The notes below the pieces were generated by a model. That model was not told the DNA's origin and searched no databases. It saw nothing but the letters and a program-made list of their open reading frames with translations. The position numbers were made by a program, and so were the translations under genes. This document shows positions 18,707 through 30,326 of a stretch of 64,000 bases of DNA, in pieces; position 1 is the stretch's first letter; each line of letters opens with the position of its first letter. The DNA comes from Eubacteriales bacterium (GTDB taxonomy: Bacteria; Bacillota; Clostridia; Oscillospirales; CAG-272): contig JAZODU010000023.1 in assembly GCA_045597145.1 (NCBI GenBank), forward strand, positions 2,987-66,986, written 5' to 3'.

Positions 18707-19417
18707 TTACTGCAACAAAAGCGAGAGTGCATAGATCAGGACAAGATGCACGGGATAGAAAATATAGAACAGATATTTGAGCTTGTACTTCCCGCGCTTG
18801 CCGTTATAAAAAGCGAGCGGCAGGAGCGCGGCAAAGGAGAACCACTTATAGGGCGGCGTGCCCCAGACGATGGGCAGGATCAGGAGTGCTGCGGCGGCAA
18901 GCTTTGTCGGCTTGTTGGGCATGAAGTAGACCGCCACGGGTACGAGCACGCCGAAAATTCCGTAGTCGACGTCAAAGCCGCGGTCGGTGAGCATCACGGG
19001 CAGCGGTACGCAAACAAAAATCACGAACGCAAGGACGCCGAGCGCGATGAGCGCGCGCAGTGCCGTGCGTTTTTTGACGAACGCGTCGACCGAAAAGATG
19101 ATGGCGACCGACATGGAAAAGGTGAGGAGAATGTTTTGGTAAAGGTCGCCCAGTGCCACGAAATAAACGAGCTGGCAGACCGCGCCAAGGCCGAAGAGCA
19201 GCGCGAGATATCGCACACGCGAGCGCGTATACCGACAGCCCTCCGCGATCATGTAGGCAAAAATCGGGAACGCCAACCGACCGAGGATCTGCAAAATAAG
19301 CACCTCGGGGCAGATCTGTTTGCCGAAATGGTCGAGAAACATTGCCACCATGGCAAGAATTTTAAGCTGATTGTTGCTCAATCCTATCCGCGACCATACA
19401 GAACCCTGCTCGGACAT
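18707..19417 (-). CDS. TraX family membrane protein
   Basis: ORF 18707..19477. The start is at ATG 19417 (AAGGAGG upstream). LKILAMVAMFLDHFG...GRLAFPIFAYMIAEG is the TraX signature, and the protein is multi-TM. Confidence 0.8.
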   Translation of the reverse strand: MSEQGSVWSRIGLSNNQLKILAMVAMFLDHFGKQICPEVLILQILGRLAFPIFAYMIAEGCRYTRSRVRYLALLFGLGAVCQLVYFVALGDLYQNILLTFSMSVAIIFSVDAFVKKRTALRALIALGVLAFVIFVCVPLPVMLTDRGFDVDYGIFGVLVPVAVYFMPNKPTKLAAAALLILPIVWGTPPYKWFSFAALLPLAFYNGKRGKYKLKYLFYIFYPVHLVLIYALSLLLQ

Positions 19418-19622
19418 TGCCACACCTCCTTTTTTTACTGCTGCCACCAGTATAGCACATTCGGCAGAAAAATGCAAGCGGATCGAGGAAAACGGTGGGA
19501 ATTTAAGGAGTGGACTATTGGAAGCGCCTCTGCCGCGGCACTTCCTCAGGCTCGCAGAGAAAATTGTTTTCGCCGTTTGCTCACACCGCTCTATGGGTTG
19601 AAGTTTAGCAATCCGCCTCTGT

Positions 19623-19699
19623 CAAACAGCCCTCTCCGTCATTTGCCCCTTGCGGCATATGACACCATCCCCCAGAGTGAGAGGCTGACGTTCTGTCGC
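19623..19699 (-). repeat. family C repeat (inverted relative to the 5940-6023 copy)
   Basis: The reverse complement reads GCGACAGAACGTCAGCCTCTCACTCTGGGGGATGGTGTCATATGCCGCAAGGGGCAAATGACGGAGAGGGCTGTTTG. Confidence 0.75.
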
Positions 19700-19814
19700 T
19701 TCGCTCCTATGGCGAGAGGGGTGTGCGTCAGGGGCAGACAAAGAGCTTTTTGCCATGCTCCCCTGCAAAAAGGCTCCGGTTTCCGTGCAAAAACGAGAAT
19801 TTTGCGCGATAGCA

Positions 19815-19844
19815 TTGACAAACGGGGGTAAAATGTTATATAAT
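19815..19844 (+). promoter_or_regulatory. sigma-A promoter: TTGACA, 18-nt spacer, TATAAT
   Basis: TTGACA at 19815-19820 and TATAAT at 19839-19844, about 60 nt upstream of the glutamine synthetase start. Confidence 0.55.
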
Positions 19845-19906
19845 ATTCAAATAGTAAGAAAATCGCAAAATCAACGAACCCTGCGTTCGGAAAGGATCAA
19901 AAAAGA

Positions 19907-22006
<2,100 letters not shown>

Positions 22007-22014
22007 ATGAATAT

Positions 22015-22067
22015 GGATATTTGTGGGGCGAGGACTTTTTGAAAAAGTCCTCGCCCCACAAATATCC
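22015..22067. repeat. family A palindrome (longest copy, 26-bp arms)
   Basis: GGATATTTGTGGGGCGAGGACTTTTT-G-AAAAAGTCCTCGCCCCACAAATATCC, between convergent stops (22006 and 22084). Confidence 0.85.
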
Positions 22068-22083
22068 CCGAAGCCGCGTCCCC

Positions 22084-22899
22084 TCACCCGCAGTGCTCAA
22101 AGATCGCGCACTCGCCCTTTTGGTGGGCTGCGGCGAGGTCGTCGTCGGAGCGGACGGTCCAGACGAAGCGGGGCGCGCGGTAGAGGCGCGTCACAATTTT
22201 GACGGGGAGTGCCGTGCGATAATTCTGATTATAGGCGATGAAATCGGGGCACGCCAAAAAGTTGAACATCATTGCCGTCAGCGCCATGTTCAGCGCGGAG
22301 CGGCTCTTTTTTTCGCGGCAGACGTTGGTGTAAAGCAGACCGCAGACCGCCTTTGGCATCTGCTTTTTCATCTGCCGCACCAGAAGCGGATTGAAGGATT
22401 CCAGGCAGTACGCCCCCGCATAATCGGCAAGCAGCGCGGCAACCTTTGCGCAGAGCGCGGTGCTGAAATCCTCACCCTTGAGCTCGATCAGAAGCGGCAC
22501 TCTGCCGTCGACAAGCCGCAGGACATCCTCAAAGGTCGGGATGGTCTGATCCGTCCCCGCAAGAGCGAGTGCTTGCAGCTCCGCCGCATCCAGCTCGCAC
22601 AGCTTCTTTTCACAGCCCGTCATGCGCACAAGCGTGTAGTCGTGAAAGACCATCACCACGCCGTCGCGCGAGAGCTGCACGTCCAATTCGATCCCGCCCC
22701 CCTTAAGGCACGCAAGCTCGAACGCCGCGCGGGAGTTTTCCGGCACGCCGTTCCCGTGAAGCCCACGGTGCGCGTAGTCGCACAGCAGCGCGCCGTCCAC
22801 CTTGTTGCGCCGACGCGGACGCAGGAGAACGAACAGATAAGCCAGCCCGACCACCAACAGGAGTGCCGCGATCACGGACACAATAATAACAAATACCAT
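22084..22899 (-). CDS. membrane-anchored glycerophosphodiester phosphodiesterase family protein
   Basis: ORF 22084..23019. The start is at ATG 22899, adjacent to the upstream stop (TGATATG). N-terminal TM helix, then HRGLHGNGVPENS and IELDVQLSRDGVVMVFHD. Confidence 0.8.
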   Translation of the reverse strand: MVFVIIVSVIAALLLVVGLAYLFVLLRPRRRNKVDGALLCDYAHRGLHGNGVPENSRAAFELACLKGGGIELDVQLSRDGVVMVFHDYTLVRMTGCEKKLCELDAAELQALALAGTDQTIPTFEDVLRLVDGRVPLLIELKGEDFSTALCAKVAALLADYAGAYCLESFNPLLVRQMKKQMPKAVCGLLYTNVCREKKSRSALNMALTAMMFNFLACPDFIAYNQNYRTALPVKIVTRLYRAPRFVWTVRSDDDLAAAHQKGECAIFEHCG

Positions 22900-22900
22900 A

Positions 22901-24307
22901 TCAATCCTCTGCGCCCAGATTTTCAAGCACGCTTCCCTTTGCAATCGGCTTGGCATCACCGTGGCGCACGAAGAGCATCGTGACGAACGAGCCGAGCACG
23001 AACACCGTACCAAAGGCAAAGAACACGTAGCGCATGCCGATCAGGTCGTACAGGAAGCCCGAGAGAATGGGCGCGACGATCTGCGCCGACATGGACGCGG
23101 TGTAATAGTAGCCCGTGTACTTGCCCACGTCACCGCCGCGCGCCAGCTCCACCACCATGGGGAAGGAGTTGACGTTGATGGATGCCCAGCCGATGCCCGC
23201 GAGGATAAAGACGGGGCACATGACAAGCTCGGGTGTTTTGGGCGTGATAAAGTTGCCGATGAAGAACGCCGACGCCAGGATCAGAACGCCTGCCAGAATG
23301 GTCTTGCGGCGACCGACGCGCGAGGCGATCAGACCCACGGGAATGTAGGAAACGATCGCCGCCGCCTGCGCGATGATGAGCGTCAGGTTAAAATCAAAGC
23401 CGAGGACGTTGGTGGCGTAGACCGAATATTTACTGGTGATTGAGTTATAGCCGATATACCACAGTGCCACCGATGCCAGAATCAAGAGGAGCGAGCGCAG
23501 CTCGGGGCGCGAGAGCCTGCGCTTCTCGCCGTTCTCCTCAACCGCTTCTTCCCCAAGACCCAATCGCACCGTTTCCGCTTCCATTTCATCCGCCCATTTT
23601 TTCTCCTTGACGGAGAGCAGGAAAATGAGCAGACCCGTGAGCATGATCGCGGTCACGGCGAACACGTAGCCCGTGTACTGCATATAGTGGTTTTTCGAGG
23701 TTGCAAACACGATGCCCAGTGCCAGCACGAGGATACCGCCTGCCGTACCCGTGAGGTTGATGATCGCATTCGCCTTGGAGCGCAAAGGCTTGACGGTGAT
23801 GTCGGGCATGAGCGCGACGGCGGGCGAGCGGAAGGTCGCCATGGCAACCAGCACCACGAGCAGCGTTGCGATAAAGCCGATGAGGGGCAAGGGGTTGGCG
23901 AGCGTCAGCTCCACGGTCGTTTTGCGCACAAGCTCGGAGAACGCCTCGTCGCTCATGCTTCCCTGCTGCATCTCGGGAACGCCCTCTGCGATGACGCGCG
24001 CGAGCTGATAGTTATCGATCAGCGTCAGCGCGATAAAGGATACGATCGCGGCGATCGCGCCGAAAAAGATAAAGGGCGTGCGCTTGCCGAAGCGCGTGTT
24101 GACACGGTCGGAGAGGGCTCCGAACACGGGGAGCATAAAGACCGCGAGGACGTTGTCGATGGACATGACCGCGCCCGAGGCGGTCTGCGGCAGTCCGAAG
24201 TGGTTGGTGAGTATCAGCGGAATGATCGCGTCGTACGCCTGCCAGAAAGCAGAGATCAGAAAGAACGCCATACCGACCAGCAGCGTGCGCTTATAGTTGA
24301 GCTTCAT
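22901..24307 (-). CDS. MFS transporter (12-TM, glycoside/sugar-type)
   Basis: 468 aa, hydrophobic throughout. GALSDRVNTRFGKRTPF is an MFS loop 2-3 motif. Confidence 0.8.
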   Translation of the reverse strand: MKLNYKRTLLVGMAFFLISAFWQAYDAIIPLILTNHFGLPQTASGAVMSIDNVLAVFMLPVFGALSDRVNTRFGKRTPFIFFGAIAAIVSFIALTLIDNYQLARVIAEGVPEMQQGSMSDEAFSELVRKTTVELTLANPLPLIGFIATLLVVLVAMATFRSPAVALMPDITVKPLRSKANAIINLTGTAGGILVLALGIVFATSKNHYMQYTGYVFAVTAIMLTGLLIFLLSVKEKKWADEMEAETVRLGLGEEAVEENGEKRRLSRPELRSLLLILASVALWYIGYNSITSKYSVYATNVLGFDFNLTLIIAQAAAIVSYIPVGLIASRVGRRKTILAGVLILASAFFIGNFITPKTPELVMCPVFILAGIGWASINVNSFPMVVELARGGDVGKYTGYYYTASMSAQIVAPILSGFLYDLIGMRYVFFAFGTVFVLGSFVTMLFVRHGDAKPIAKGSVLENLGAED

Positions 24308-24442
24308 AGGTTTGTTCCTTTCAAATTGATTTTGGAAGTCGCTGTGTTTAGTTTACCATACTTTTGTGGAAAAAACAATACGAATTACAAATATTATGCC
24401 GACGTATTGTGATTCTCCGTCCTTTTTTGCGTAAAATCGCTC

Positions 24443-24471
24443 TTGCAAAGCCACACTAACTGTGTTATAAT
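24443..24471 (+). promoter_or_regulatory. sigma-A promoter: TTGCAA, 17-nt spacer, TGtTATAAT
   Basis: TTGCAA at 24443-24448 and TATAAT at 24466-24471, with TG at -15/-14. Confidence 0.55.
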
Positions 24472-24519
24472 ATAGACAAGCGATCTGTGGGTCGCATAAC
24501 GGCAACCAAGGAGGCTTTT

Positions 24520-26310
24520 ATGTTTATTTCAAACGACATCAAATATATCGGCGTCAACGATCACAAGATCGATCTGTTCGAGGGTCAGTACGTCGTCCCG
24601 AACGGCATGGCGTACAATTCCTACGTCATTTTCGATGAAAAAATCGCGGTGATGGACACCGTGGATGCGGGATTTACGCACGAGTGGCTCGACAATCTGC
24701 AAAACGCGCTTGACGGTCGCTCGCCCGACTACCTCGTCGTACAGCACATGGAGCCCGACCACTCCGCCAACATCGCCAATTTCGCAAAGGCGTATCCGAA
24801 CGCAACGCTCGTTGCGTCCGCCAAGGCGTTTGCGATGATGAAAAACTTTTTCGGCATGGACTACGCCGACCGCCGCATCGTGGTCGGTGAGGGCGACACC
24901 CTCGTGCTCGGCAGACACACCTTGACCTTCGTCACCGCGCCCATGGTGCACTGGCCCGAGGTCATCGTGACCTACGATTCCTATGACAAGGTGCTCTTCT
25001 CTGCCGACGGATTCGGCAAATTCGGAGCTCTTGACGTCGACGAGGACTGGGCGTGCGAGGCGCGCCGCTACTATATCGGCATCGTCGGAAAATACGGCGC
25101 GCAGGTGCAGGTCCTGCTCAAAAAGGCGGCAGGGCTGGATATCCGGACCATCTGCCCTCTGCACGGCCCCGTGCTCACCGAAAACCTCGGCTACTATATC
25201 GGTCTTTACAACACCTGGTCAAGCTACCAGCCCGAGGAGGAGGGCATCGTGATCGCCTACACCTCGGTCTACGGCAACACACGCCGCGCCGTGATGCAGC
25301 TTGCTGAGCAGCTCCGCGCCAAGGGCTGTCCCAAGGTGATCGTCAACGATCTGGCGCGCTGTGACATGGCAGAGGCAGTCGAGGACGCGTTCCGCTACAG
25401 CAAGCTCGTGCTTGCCACCACCACCTACAACGCCGACATCTTCCCTTTTATGCGCACCTTTATCGATCACCTGACCGAGCGCAACTACAGCAACCGCACG
25501 GTGGCACTCATCGAAAACGGAAGCTGGGCACCCATGGCGGCAAAGATCATGCGCGGCATGCTGGAAAAGTCCAAAAACATCACCTACACCGACACGTCCG
25601 TGAAGATCATGTCCGCGCTGAACGCAGACTCCTCCGCACAGCTTGAGGCTCTGTCCGACGAGCTCTGCCGCGAGTATCTGGCACAACAGGACAGCACCGC
25701 GAACAAAAACGACATGAGCGCGCTGTTCAAGATCGGCTACGGCTTGTACGTGGTCACCTCGAACGACGGCAAAAAGGACAATGGGCTCATCGTCAACGCC
25801 GTGTCGCAGGTTACCAACGTTCCCAACCGTGTGGCGGTCACTATCAATAAGGAAAACTATTCGCACCACGTTATAAAGCAGACCGGCAAGATGAACCTCA
25901 ACTGCCTGACCGAGGACGCGCCCTTCAAGGTATTTGAAGCGTTCGGCTTCAGAAGCGGCAGAAACGTGGACAAGTTTGCCAATTGCGAGCCGCTCCGCTC
26001 GGACAATGGGCTGGTGTTCCTGCCCCGCTATATCAATTCCTTCCTGTCTCTCAAGGTCGAGCAGTACGTGGATCTCGACACGCACGGCATGTTCATCTGC
26101 TCGGTGACCGAGGCGCGCGTGCTCTCCGACCGCGAGACCATGACCTACACCTACTATCTTGAAAACGTCAAGCCCCGCCCCGAAGCCGACAGCAAAAAGG
26201 GCTACGTTTGTAAGGTCTGCGGCTACGTCTTTGAGGGCGAGGTGCTTCCCGATGATTTCATTTGTCCGCTTTGCAAGCACGGCGCGGCGGACTTTGAAAA
26301 AATTCAATAA
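24520..26310 (+). CDS. multidomain flavodiiron protein: metallo-beta-lactamase-like domain, flavodoxin, flavin-reductase-like domain, then C-terminal rubredoxin
   Basis: ORF 24487..26310. The start is ATG 24520 (AAGGAGG upstream). HMEPDHSAN diiron motif, a flavodoxin-like middle part and a flavin-reductase-like segment (YGLYVVTSNDGKKDNGLIVNAVSQV). The C-terminus is CKVCGYVF...CPLCKH. Confidence 0.85.
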   Translation: MFISNDIKYIGVNDHKIDLFEGQYVVPNGMAYNSYVIFDEKIAVMDTVDAGFTHEWLDNLQNALDGRSPDYLVVQHMEPDHSANIANFAKAYPNATLVASAKAFAMMKNFFGMDYADRRIVVGEGDTLVLGRHTLTFVTAPMVHWPEVIVTYDSYDKVLFSADGFGKFGALDVDEDWACEARRYYIGIVGKYGAQVQVLLKKAAGLDIRTICPLHGPVLTENLGYYIGLYNTWSSYQPEEEGIVIAYTSVYGNTRRAVMQLAEQLRAKGCPKVIVNDLARCDMAEAVEDAFRYSKLVLATTTYNADIFPFMRTFIDHLTERNYSNRTVALIENGSWAPMAAKIMRGMLEKSKNITYTDTSVKIMSALNADSSAQLEALSDELCREYLAQQDSTANKNDMSALFKIGYGLYVVTSNDGKKDNGLIVNAVSQVTNVPNRVAVTINKENYSHHVIKQTGKMNLNCLTEDAPFKVFEAFGFRSGRNVDKFANCEPLRSDNGLVFLPRYINSFLSLKVEQYVDLDTHGMFICSVTEARVLSDRETMTYTYYLENVKPRPEADSKKGYVCKVCGYVFEGEVLPDDFICPLCKHGAADFEKIQ

Positions 26311-26328
26311 TTTCAAGGAGAAACGACT

Positions 26329-26490
26329 ATGAAAAAGTATGTATGTGACGCATGCGGCTGGGTTTACGACGAGGCTCTCGGCGACCCCGACAACGGAATC
26401 GCGCCCGGCACGAAATTCGAGGATCTGCCCGAGAATTTTGCCTGCCCGCTCTGCGGCGTTGGCAAGGACATGTTCAGCGAAGAAGCCTGA
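26329..26490 (+). CDS. rubredoxin (53 aa; below the ORF-track size cutoff)
   Basis: AAGGAG, 8 nt, then ATG. Hand translation: [53 protein letters not shown], with both CxxC pairs. Confidence 0.9.
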   Translation: MKKYVCDACGWVYDEALGDPDNGIAPGTKFEDLPENFACPLCGVGKDMFSEEA

Positions 26491-26543
26491 TCCGCACGCC
26501 CCCACGCGCGTATGTCGTGGGGGCTTTTTCAAAAGGAGGTACT

Positions 26544-27296
26544 ATGGATCTCGTATTATTGACCGCGCTCGGCGTGGGCGGCGCTACCGTCATCGGCGCC
26601 GTGATCGGCTTTCTGTTCAAAAAGATATCCCACCGCTTCTCCGACATCGTCCTCTCCTTTGCCGCAGGCGTGATGCTCTCGGCAGCGGTGCTCGGGCTGA
26701 TTTTGCCGTCGGTCGAGGCGGGCGGCAAGTGGGGGGTGCTTGTGACCGTGGCAGGCATTTTCGTCGGTGCCCTCTCGCTCAACCTCATTGACAAGCTCGT
26801 GCCCCACCTGCACCGTCTGGCGGGGACGGATGCCGAGGTACATCACAACAAGAATCTTGGCCGCGTGCTCCTGTTCGTCACCGCCATCGCCATTCACAAC
26901 CTGCCCGAGGGCATTGCCGCAGGCGTGGGCTTTGGTGCGGGTGACACCGCAGGGGCTCTGATCATCGCAGGCGGTATCGCCCTGCAAAATATCCCCGAGG
27001 GCATGGTCATCATCGGTCCGATGCTCGCCGCAGGCGTGCCCGCGCGCCGCACCTTTCTGCTCGCGGCACTGACGGGAGCGGTCGAGGTGGTCGGCACGTT
27101 CATCGGCTACTTCGCCGTGTCGCTCTCGGCGGCGATCCTTCCCTTCGCGCTCGCCTTCGCGGGCGGCACGATGCTCTACGTCATCAGCGACGAAATGATC
27201 CCCGAAACTCACGCGCACGGCTCCGAGCGCGGCGCAACCTACGCCCTGCTCGTCGGCTTTTGCCTGATGCTCTGCGCCGACGTGCTGCTGGGTTGA
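26544..27296 (+). CDS. ZIP family metal (zinc) transporter
   Basis: ORF 26352..27296. The start is ATG 26544 (AAGGAGG upstream). HNLPEGIA and QNIPEGM motifs; multi-TM. Confidence 0.85.
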   Translation: MDLVLLTALGVGGATVIGAVIGFLFKKISHRFSDIVLSFAAGVMLSAAVLGLILPSVEAGGKWGVLVTVAGIFVGALSLNLIDKLVPHLHRLAGTDAEVHHNKNLGRVLLFVTAIAIHNLPEGIAAGVGFGAGDTAGALIIAGGIALQNIPEGMVIIGPMLAAGVPARRTFLLAALTGAVEVVGTFIGYFAVSLSAAILPFALAFAGGTMLYVISDEMIPETHAHGSERGATYALLVGFCLMLCADVLLG

Positions 27297-27336
27297 GAGC
27301 CGTATTTTTTGCACGGGAACGTGGTGGGAGACGCGA

Positions 27337-27370
27337 CGCGAGAGGGGCTTTCCCCAAAGTCCCTCTCGCG
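27337..27370. repeat. family A-like palindrome
   Basis: CGCGAGAGGGGCTTTCCCCAAAGTCCCTCTCGCG, about 40 nt after the ZIP gene stop. Confidence 0.6.
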
Positions 27371-27372
27371 CT

Positions 27373-27411
27373 CCCCTCAAAACGTTCACCGCATGGGGAT
27401 CGGACATCCAC
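27373..27411 (+). repeat. family B repeat
   Basis: CCCCTCAAAACGTTCACCGCATGGGGATCGGACATCCAC; compare 5907-5939 and 63729-63763. Confidence 0.7.
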
Positions 27412-27441
27412 AAAAGGCACTGCAAACAAATGGGTGATGTT

Positions 27442-27784
27442 CTTAACGGAGAATTTAAAAACCCCACTAAGTGCGAGCATCGCATTTGACCGGTCAAACG
27501 CATTATGGGCTAAGCCCAAACCCTTATAACGACAGAAAGAGAGAACAAATCGGTTTAATAGCCGAAATGTCCTCTCTTTTTCTGCTTTGCGATATATTCG
27601 CTGTGCGAATGCGATATAACCTCGTTTCACTCGGTTGCGATATGCCTCGCTATGCTCGGTGTGATATGATATAAATCCCCTCACGCCCCGCAGGGCATAT
27701 CGCTTGCTGTAGGCAAATATCGCTCCCGAAGGGAATATCGCAAATCCCGCAAGGGATTTATATCGCTGCGTGTTCTCCGTTAAG
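27442..27784. mobile_element. MITE-like non-coding element (about 343 bp) with 12-bp perfect terminal inverted repeats and an internal dyad array of GCGATAT heptamers
   Basis: CTTAACGGAGAA at 27442-27453 and TTCTCCGTTAAG at 27773-27784. GCGATAT or GTGATAT starts at 27589, 27611, 27637 and 27661. ATATCGC starts at 27697, 27717, 27735 and 27760. No credible ORF. Confidence 0.5.
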
Positions 27785-27850
27785 GATAACACGCTAAGCA
27801 GCGCCTTCTTTTATTTACACACGGTGAAAGTCGTTCGTGCAGTACTCCGA

Positions 27851-27884
27851 CCTCCCACTCTGTGAGAGGCTAACGTTCTGTCGC
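27851..27884 (-). repeat. partial family C repeat
   Basis: CCTCCCACTCTGTGAGAGGCTAACGTTCTGTCGC matches the end of the 19623-19699 copy. Confidence 0.6.
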
Positions 27885-28840
27885 TTATTTTTCGTTCCGC
27901 TTTTTCTCGATCTCGATCGCGATCCCCTCACGGACAGTCTTGAAATCCGCCTGCGAGAACCCTGTGGCGGCAAGAACACGCGAGGCGTCGATGTCACGGT
28001 TGAAGGCGCGGTCGTATTTCCGGATGTAGGTGTCGGGCTTGATCCTCGGGAGTGCACGGTAAAATTCGTCCAAATCGTCGGTCCAGCGCACCTTCAGCCC
28101 CGTCAGCGCGGCATACTGCTCGGCAACCTCGCCCCAGGTCATTCCGTGACCCGAATAGATCGTGTAGGTCTGTCCGAAGGTGTGCTCCTTGAAGAGCAGA
28201 TTGGCGATCAGCTTGCCCGAATTCCCCGCCCAATCGATGCCTGCGGTGAAATCCTTGACCATGGCGGGCAAAATCATCTCCTCGCCGCGCGCGGCGTACT
28301 CAAGCACCTCGCTGCCCGAGTAGAGGAGCAGATCCAGGGGAGTGACGAGAAGGAGATGACGGGGCGCACGATGGTCCATGCCTCTCCCGCATGCTCCCGT
28401 CTCAAAAAGTCCTCGCACTTGGATTTCGGAACGGCGTAATCCTCGTTGGCAAGAAAATCGAGGTCGTCCTTGACCACATCGTACAGACGCGGCGCATCCT
28501 CGGTGACGGGGTGCTGCGCGTTGGCATAGACGCGGTAGGACGAGAGGAAGATGAGGTGGTCGGTGTACTCCATCAGGAAGGAATGCACGCGGAAATATTC
28601 CTTTTCATCGGGGTAATGAATAAAATTCACGATGCCGTCGTAACGGTGCTGCACGAAGATCTCCTGCAAAAACGCATCGGTGGCAAGGCCGCGGTAAAAA
28701 CAGAGATTTTCGTGGTGCGACACCTTTTCCTCGGGACAGATCACGTCCACGAGTGCCCCCCGGCGCAAAAGCTCCTGTGCCGTGTACGTGCCGAGCGTTC
28801 CGCCGCCCGCGATCAACAGTACTCTTTTGTTTTGATACAT
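27885..28840 (-). pseudogene. NAD-dependent epimerase/dehydratase (SDR) family gene split by a frameshift near 28340-28370
   Basis: ORF 28274..28840 (MYQNKRVLLIAGGGTLGTY... Rossmann motif, ...WTIVRPVISFS) continues in another frame as ORF 27885..28418 (..LDLLLYSGSEVLEYAARGEEMILP...). The junction lies at a CCCC run. Confidence 0.7.
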
Positions 28841-28985
28841 TGTGTATTCCTCCTGTACGTTGTTACCTTTATCATATCACATTCCGCTCAAAATAAAAAC
28901 ACGCGATTCTCCAAGAAATGGGGCCAAATACTGCACTTTCTTAGCTTTCACGGGATCGCGCCATCCTCGTTTCCGCGCAAAAAGC

Positions 28986-29015
28986 TTGACACGTCCGCGC
29001 TTTTTGTGCTATAAT
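28986..29015 (+). promoter_or_regulatory. sigma-A promoter: TTGACA, 18-nt spacer, TGcTATAAT
   Basis: TTGACA at 28986-28991 and TATAAT at 29010-29015. Confidence 0.5.
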
Positions 29016-29046
29016 GAGTTGACCGATCACGAAAGAGGTGGACGCT

Positions 29047-29592
29047 ATGAAAAGCTGCGAATTATGGTATACGCGCGAGCCGCCGTTCGGCATGGAGAAC
29101 CGCGCGCTTTATACGGCAGAATGTGACGTGCCCGACAACGGCTGGGAAAAATGGTCGCTTCCCATCGGCAACGGCTACATGGGCATCAACGTGTTCGGCA
29201 GATGCGCCACCGAGTGCCTGCAGATCACCGAAAACAGCCTCTACAACCCGCCCGTTTGGGACTATGCCGACCGTTGCAACGCAGGACTGAACAATTTTTG
29301 CGAGCTGTACCTTGATTTCGGTCACGAATTTTCAAAAGTGTCCGACTACCGATGCAGTCTGTCTCTCAACACGGCGTTCGCAAAGACCGAATATACCTGT
29401 GGCGGCGTTCGCTACACCCGTGAATATTTTACCTCCTATCCCGATCGTGTACTGGTAGTCAGGCTCACGTCCGACCGCGCGGACGCACCGCTCAAGCTCT
29501 TCCTTGGCGCGGACTGCACCGCCGACGGCGTGCGTGACAGCTACCTCACGCGCGGGATGCGCACAGGCGAGGTGCTGACACTTCGCTTTTGA
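29047..29592 (+). pseudogene. N-terminal fragment (about 180 aa) of a GH95-type alpha-L-fucosidase
   Basis: MKSCELWYTREPP...WEKWSLPIGNGYMGINVFG...ECLQITENSLY resembles the GH95 N-terminal domain. Full-length enzymes are about 750-800 aa. This ORF stops just before a family A palindrome. Confidence 0.55.
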
Positions 29593-29610
29593 GGGGGTAA
29601 GGATTTATTT

Positions 29611-29655
29611 TTGAGGGGGAGGAGCCTTTTTTTCAAAAAGGCTCCTCCCCCTCAA
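29611..29655. repeat. family A palindrome
   Basis: TTGAGGGGGAGGAGCCTTTTT-TTC-AAAAAGGCTCCTCCCCCTCAA, between convergent stops (29592 and 29661). Confidence 0.8.
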
Positions 29656-29660
29656 CATCA

Positions 29661-30326
29661 TCACGCAAAAAACAGCCTCCCGTCTGCCGAATGGCGGCGC
29701 ACGGAAAAGACGCGGTCGGCAACCGCCATTGCCGCCGACAGGTCGTGCATCACCGACAGCACCGTTTTGCCGCCGTCCGCCAGCGCACGTGCCATGCCGA
29801 GGAATTTGCGCTCGTAATCCCGATCCATAAAGGCGGTCGCCTCGTCCAGGAGCACCACGGGCGTATTCTGCGCCAGCATCGCGCCGAAATAGGCGCGGCG
29901 CGCCTCACCGCCCGAAATGCGGTCAACGTAGCAGTTCTCCGGTGCCGACAGATCCGCGTCCGCGATCTCACGCGTCACCGCCTCACGATCCGCGTCGCTC
30001 TCGCGCCCGAGCATCGCACGGTGCGGGTTTCTTCCAAAGCCCACAAGCTCCCGCACAGTGACGTGGGGGCTGCCAAGCTCCTGCAAAAGCACCGACAAAT
30101 ACCGCGCGCGCGTGCGCACGTCTTGTGCGCACAGCTCCACGCCGTTCGCCGTGACCGTGCCGTCAAAGGGCATGAGCGACGCCACGCAGGACACGAGCGT
30201 GGATTTTCCGCTTCCGTTCCGCCCGATCACCGTCACAAGGCTTCCGTCGGGCGCGCAAAACGCAACATCCGCCAGCACCGTCCGCTTTTGATAGCGCGCC
30301 ACGCAAATCTTAACGTCCAAGCTCAT
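29661..30326 (-). CDS. ABC transporter ATP-binding protein (FecE/iron-siderophore type)
   Basis: ORF 29661..30347. The start is ATG 30326 (GGGGGAGG upstream; ATGA overlap with the upstream ORF). GRNGSGKST Walker A, the LSGGE-like ISGGEARR and [10 protein letters not shown]. Confidence 0.8.
   Translation of the reverse strand: MSLDVKICVARYQKRTVLADVAFCAPDGSLVTVIGRNGSGKSTLVSCVASLMPFDGTVTANGVELCAQDVRTRARYLSVLLQELGSPHVTVRELVGFGRNPHRAMLGRESDADREAVTREIADADLSAPENCYVDRISGGEARRAYFGAMLAQNTPVVLLDEATAFMDRDYERKFLGMARALADGGKTVLSVMHDLSAAMAVADRVFSVRRHSADGRLFFA

Noticed and set aside
19845-19906. Glutamine riboswitch (glnA RNA motif) in the glutamine synthetase leader
   Set aside because: The leader has a small hairpin (CGAAC-cctgc-GTTCG) followed by GGAAAGGA. 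I could not find the conserved E-loop/pseudoknot elements. The motif is mainly cyanobacterial or marine, and the purine run is better explained as the RBS.
27588-27770. Possible CRISPR array (regularly spaced short repeats)
   Set aside because: The repeat unit is only 7 bp and switches orientation halfway. The spacers are 11-19 bp and themselves palindromic. There are no cas genes in the window. It is treated instead as an internal feature of a MITE-like element.
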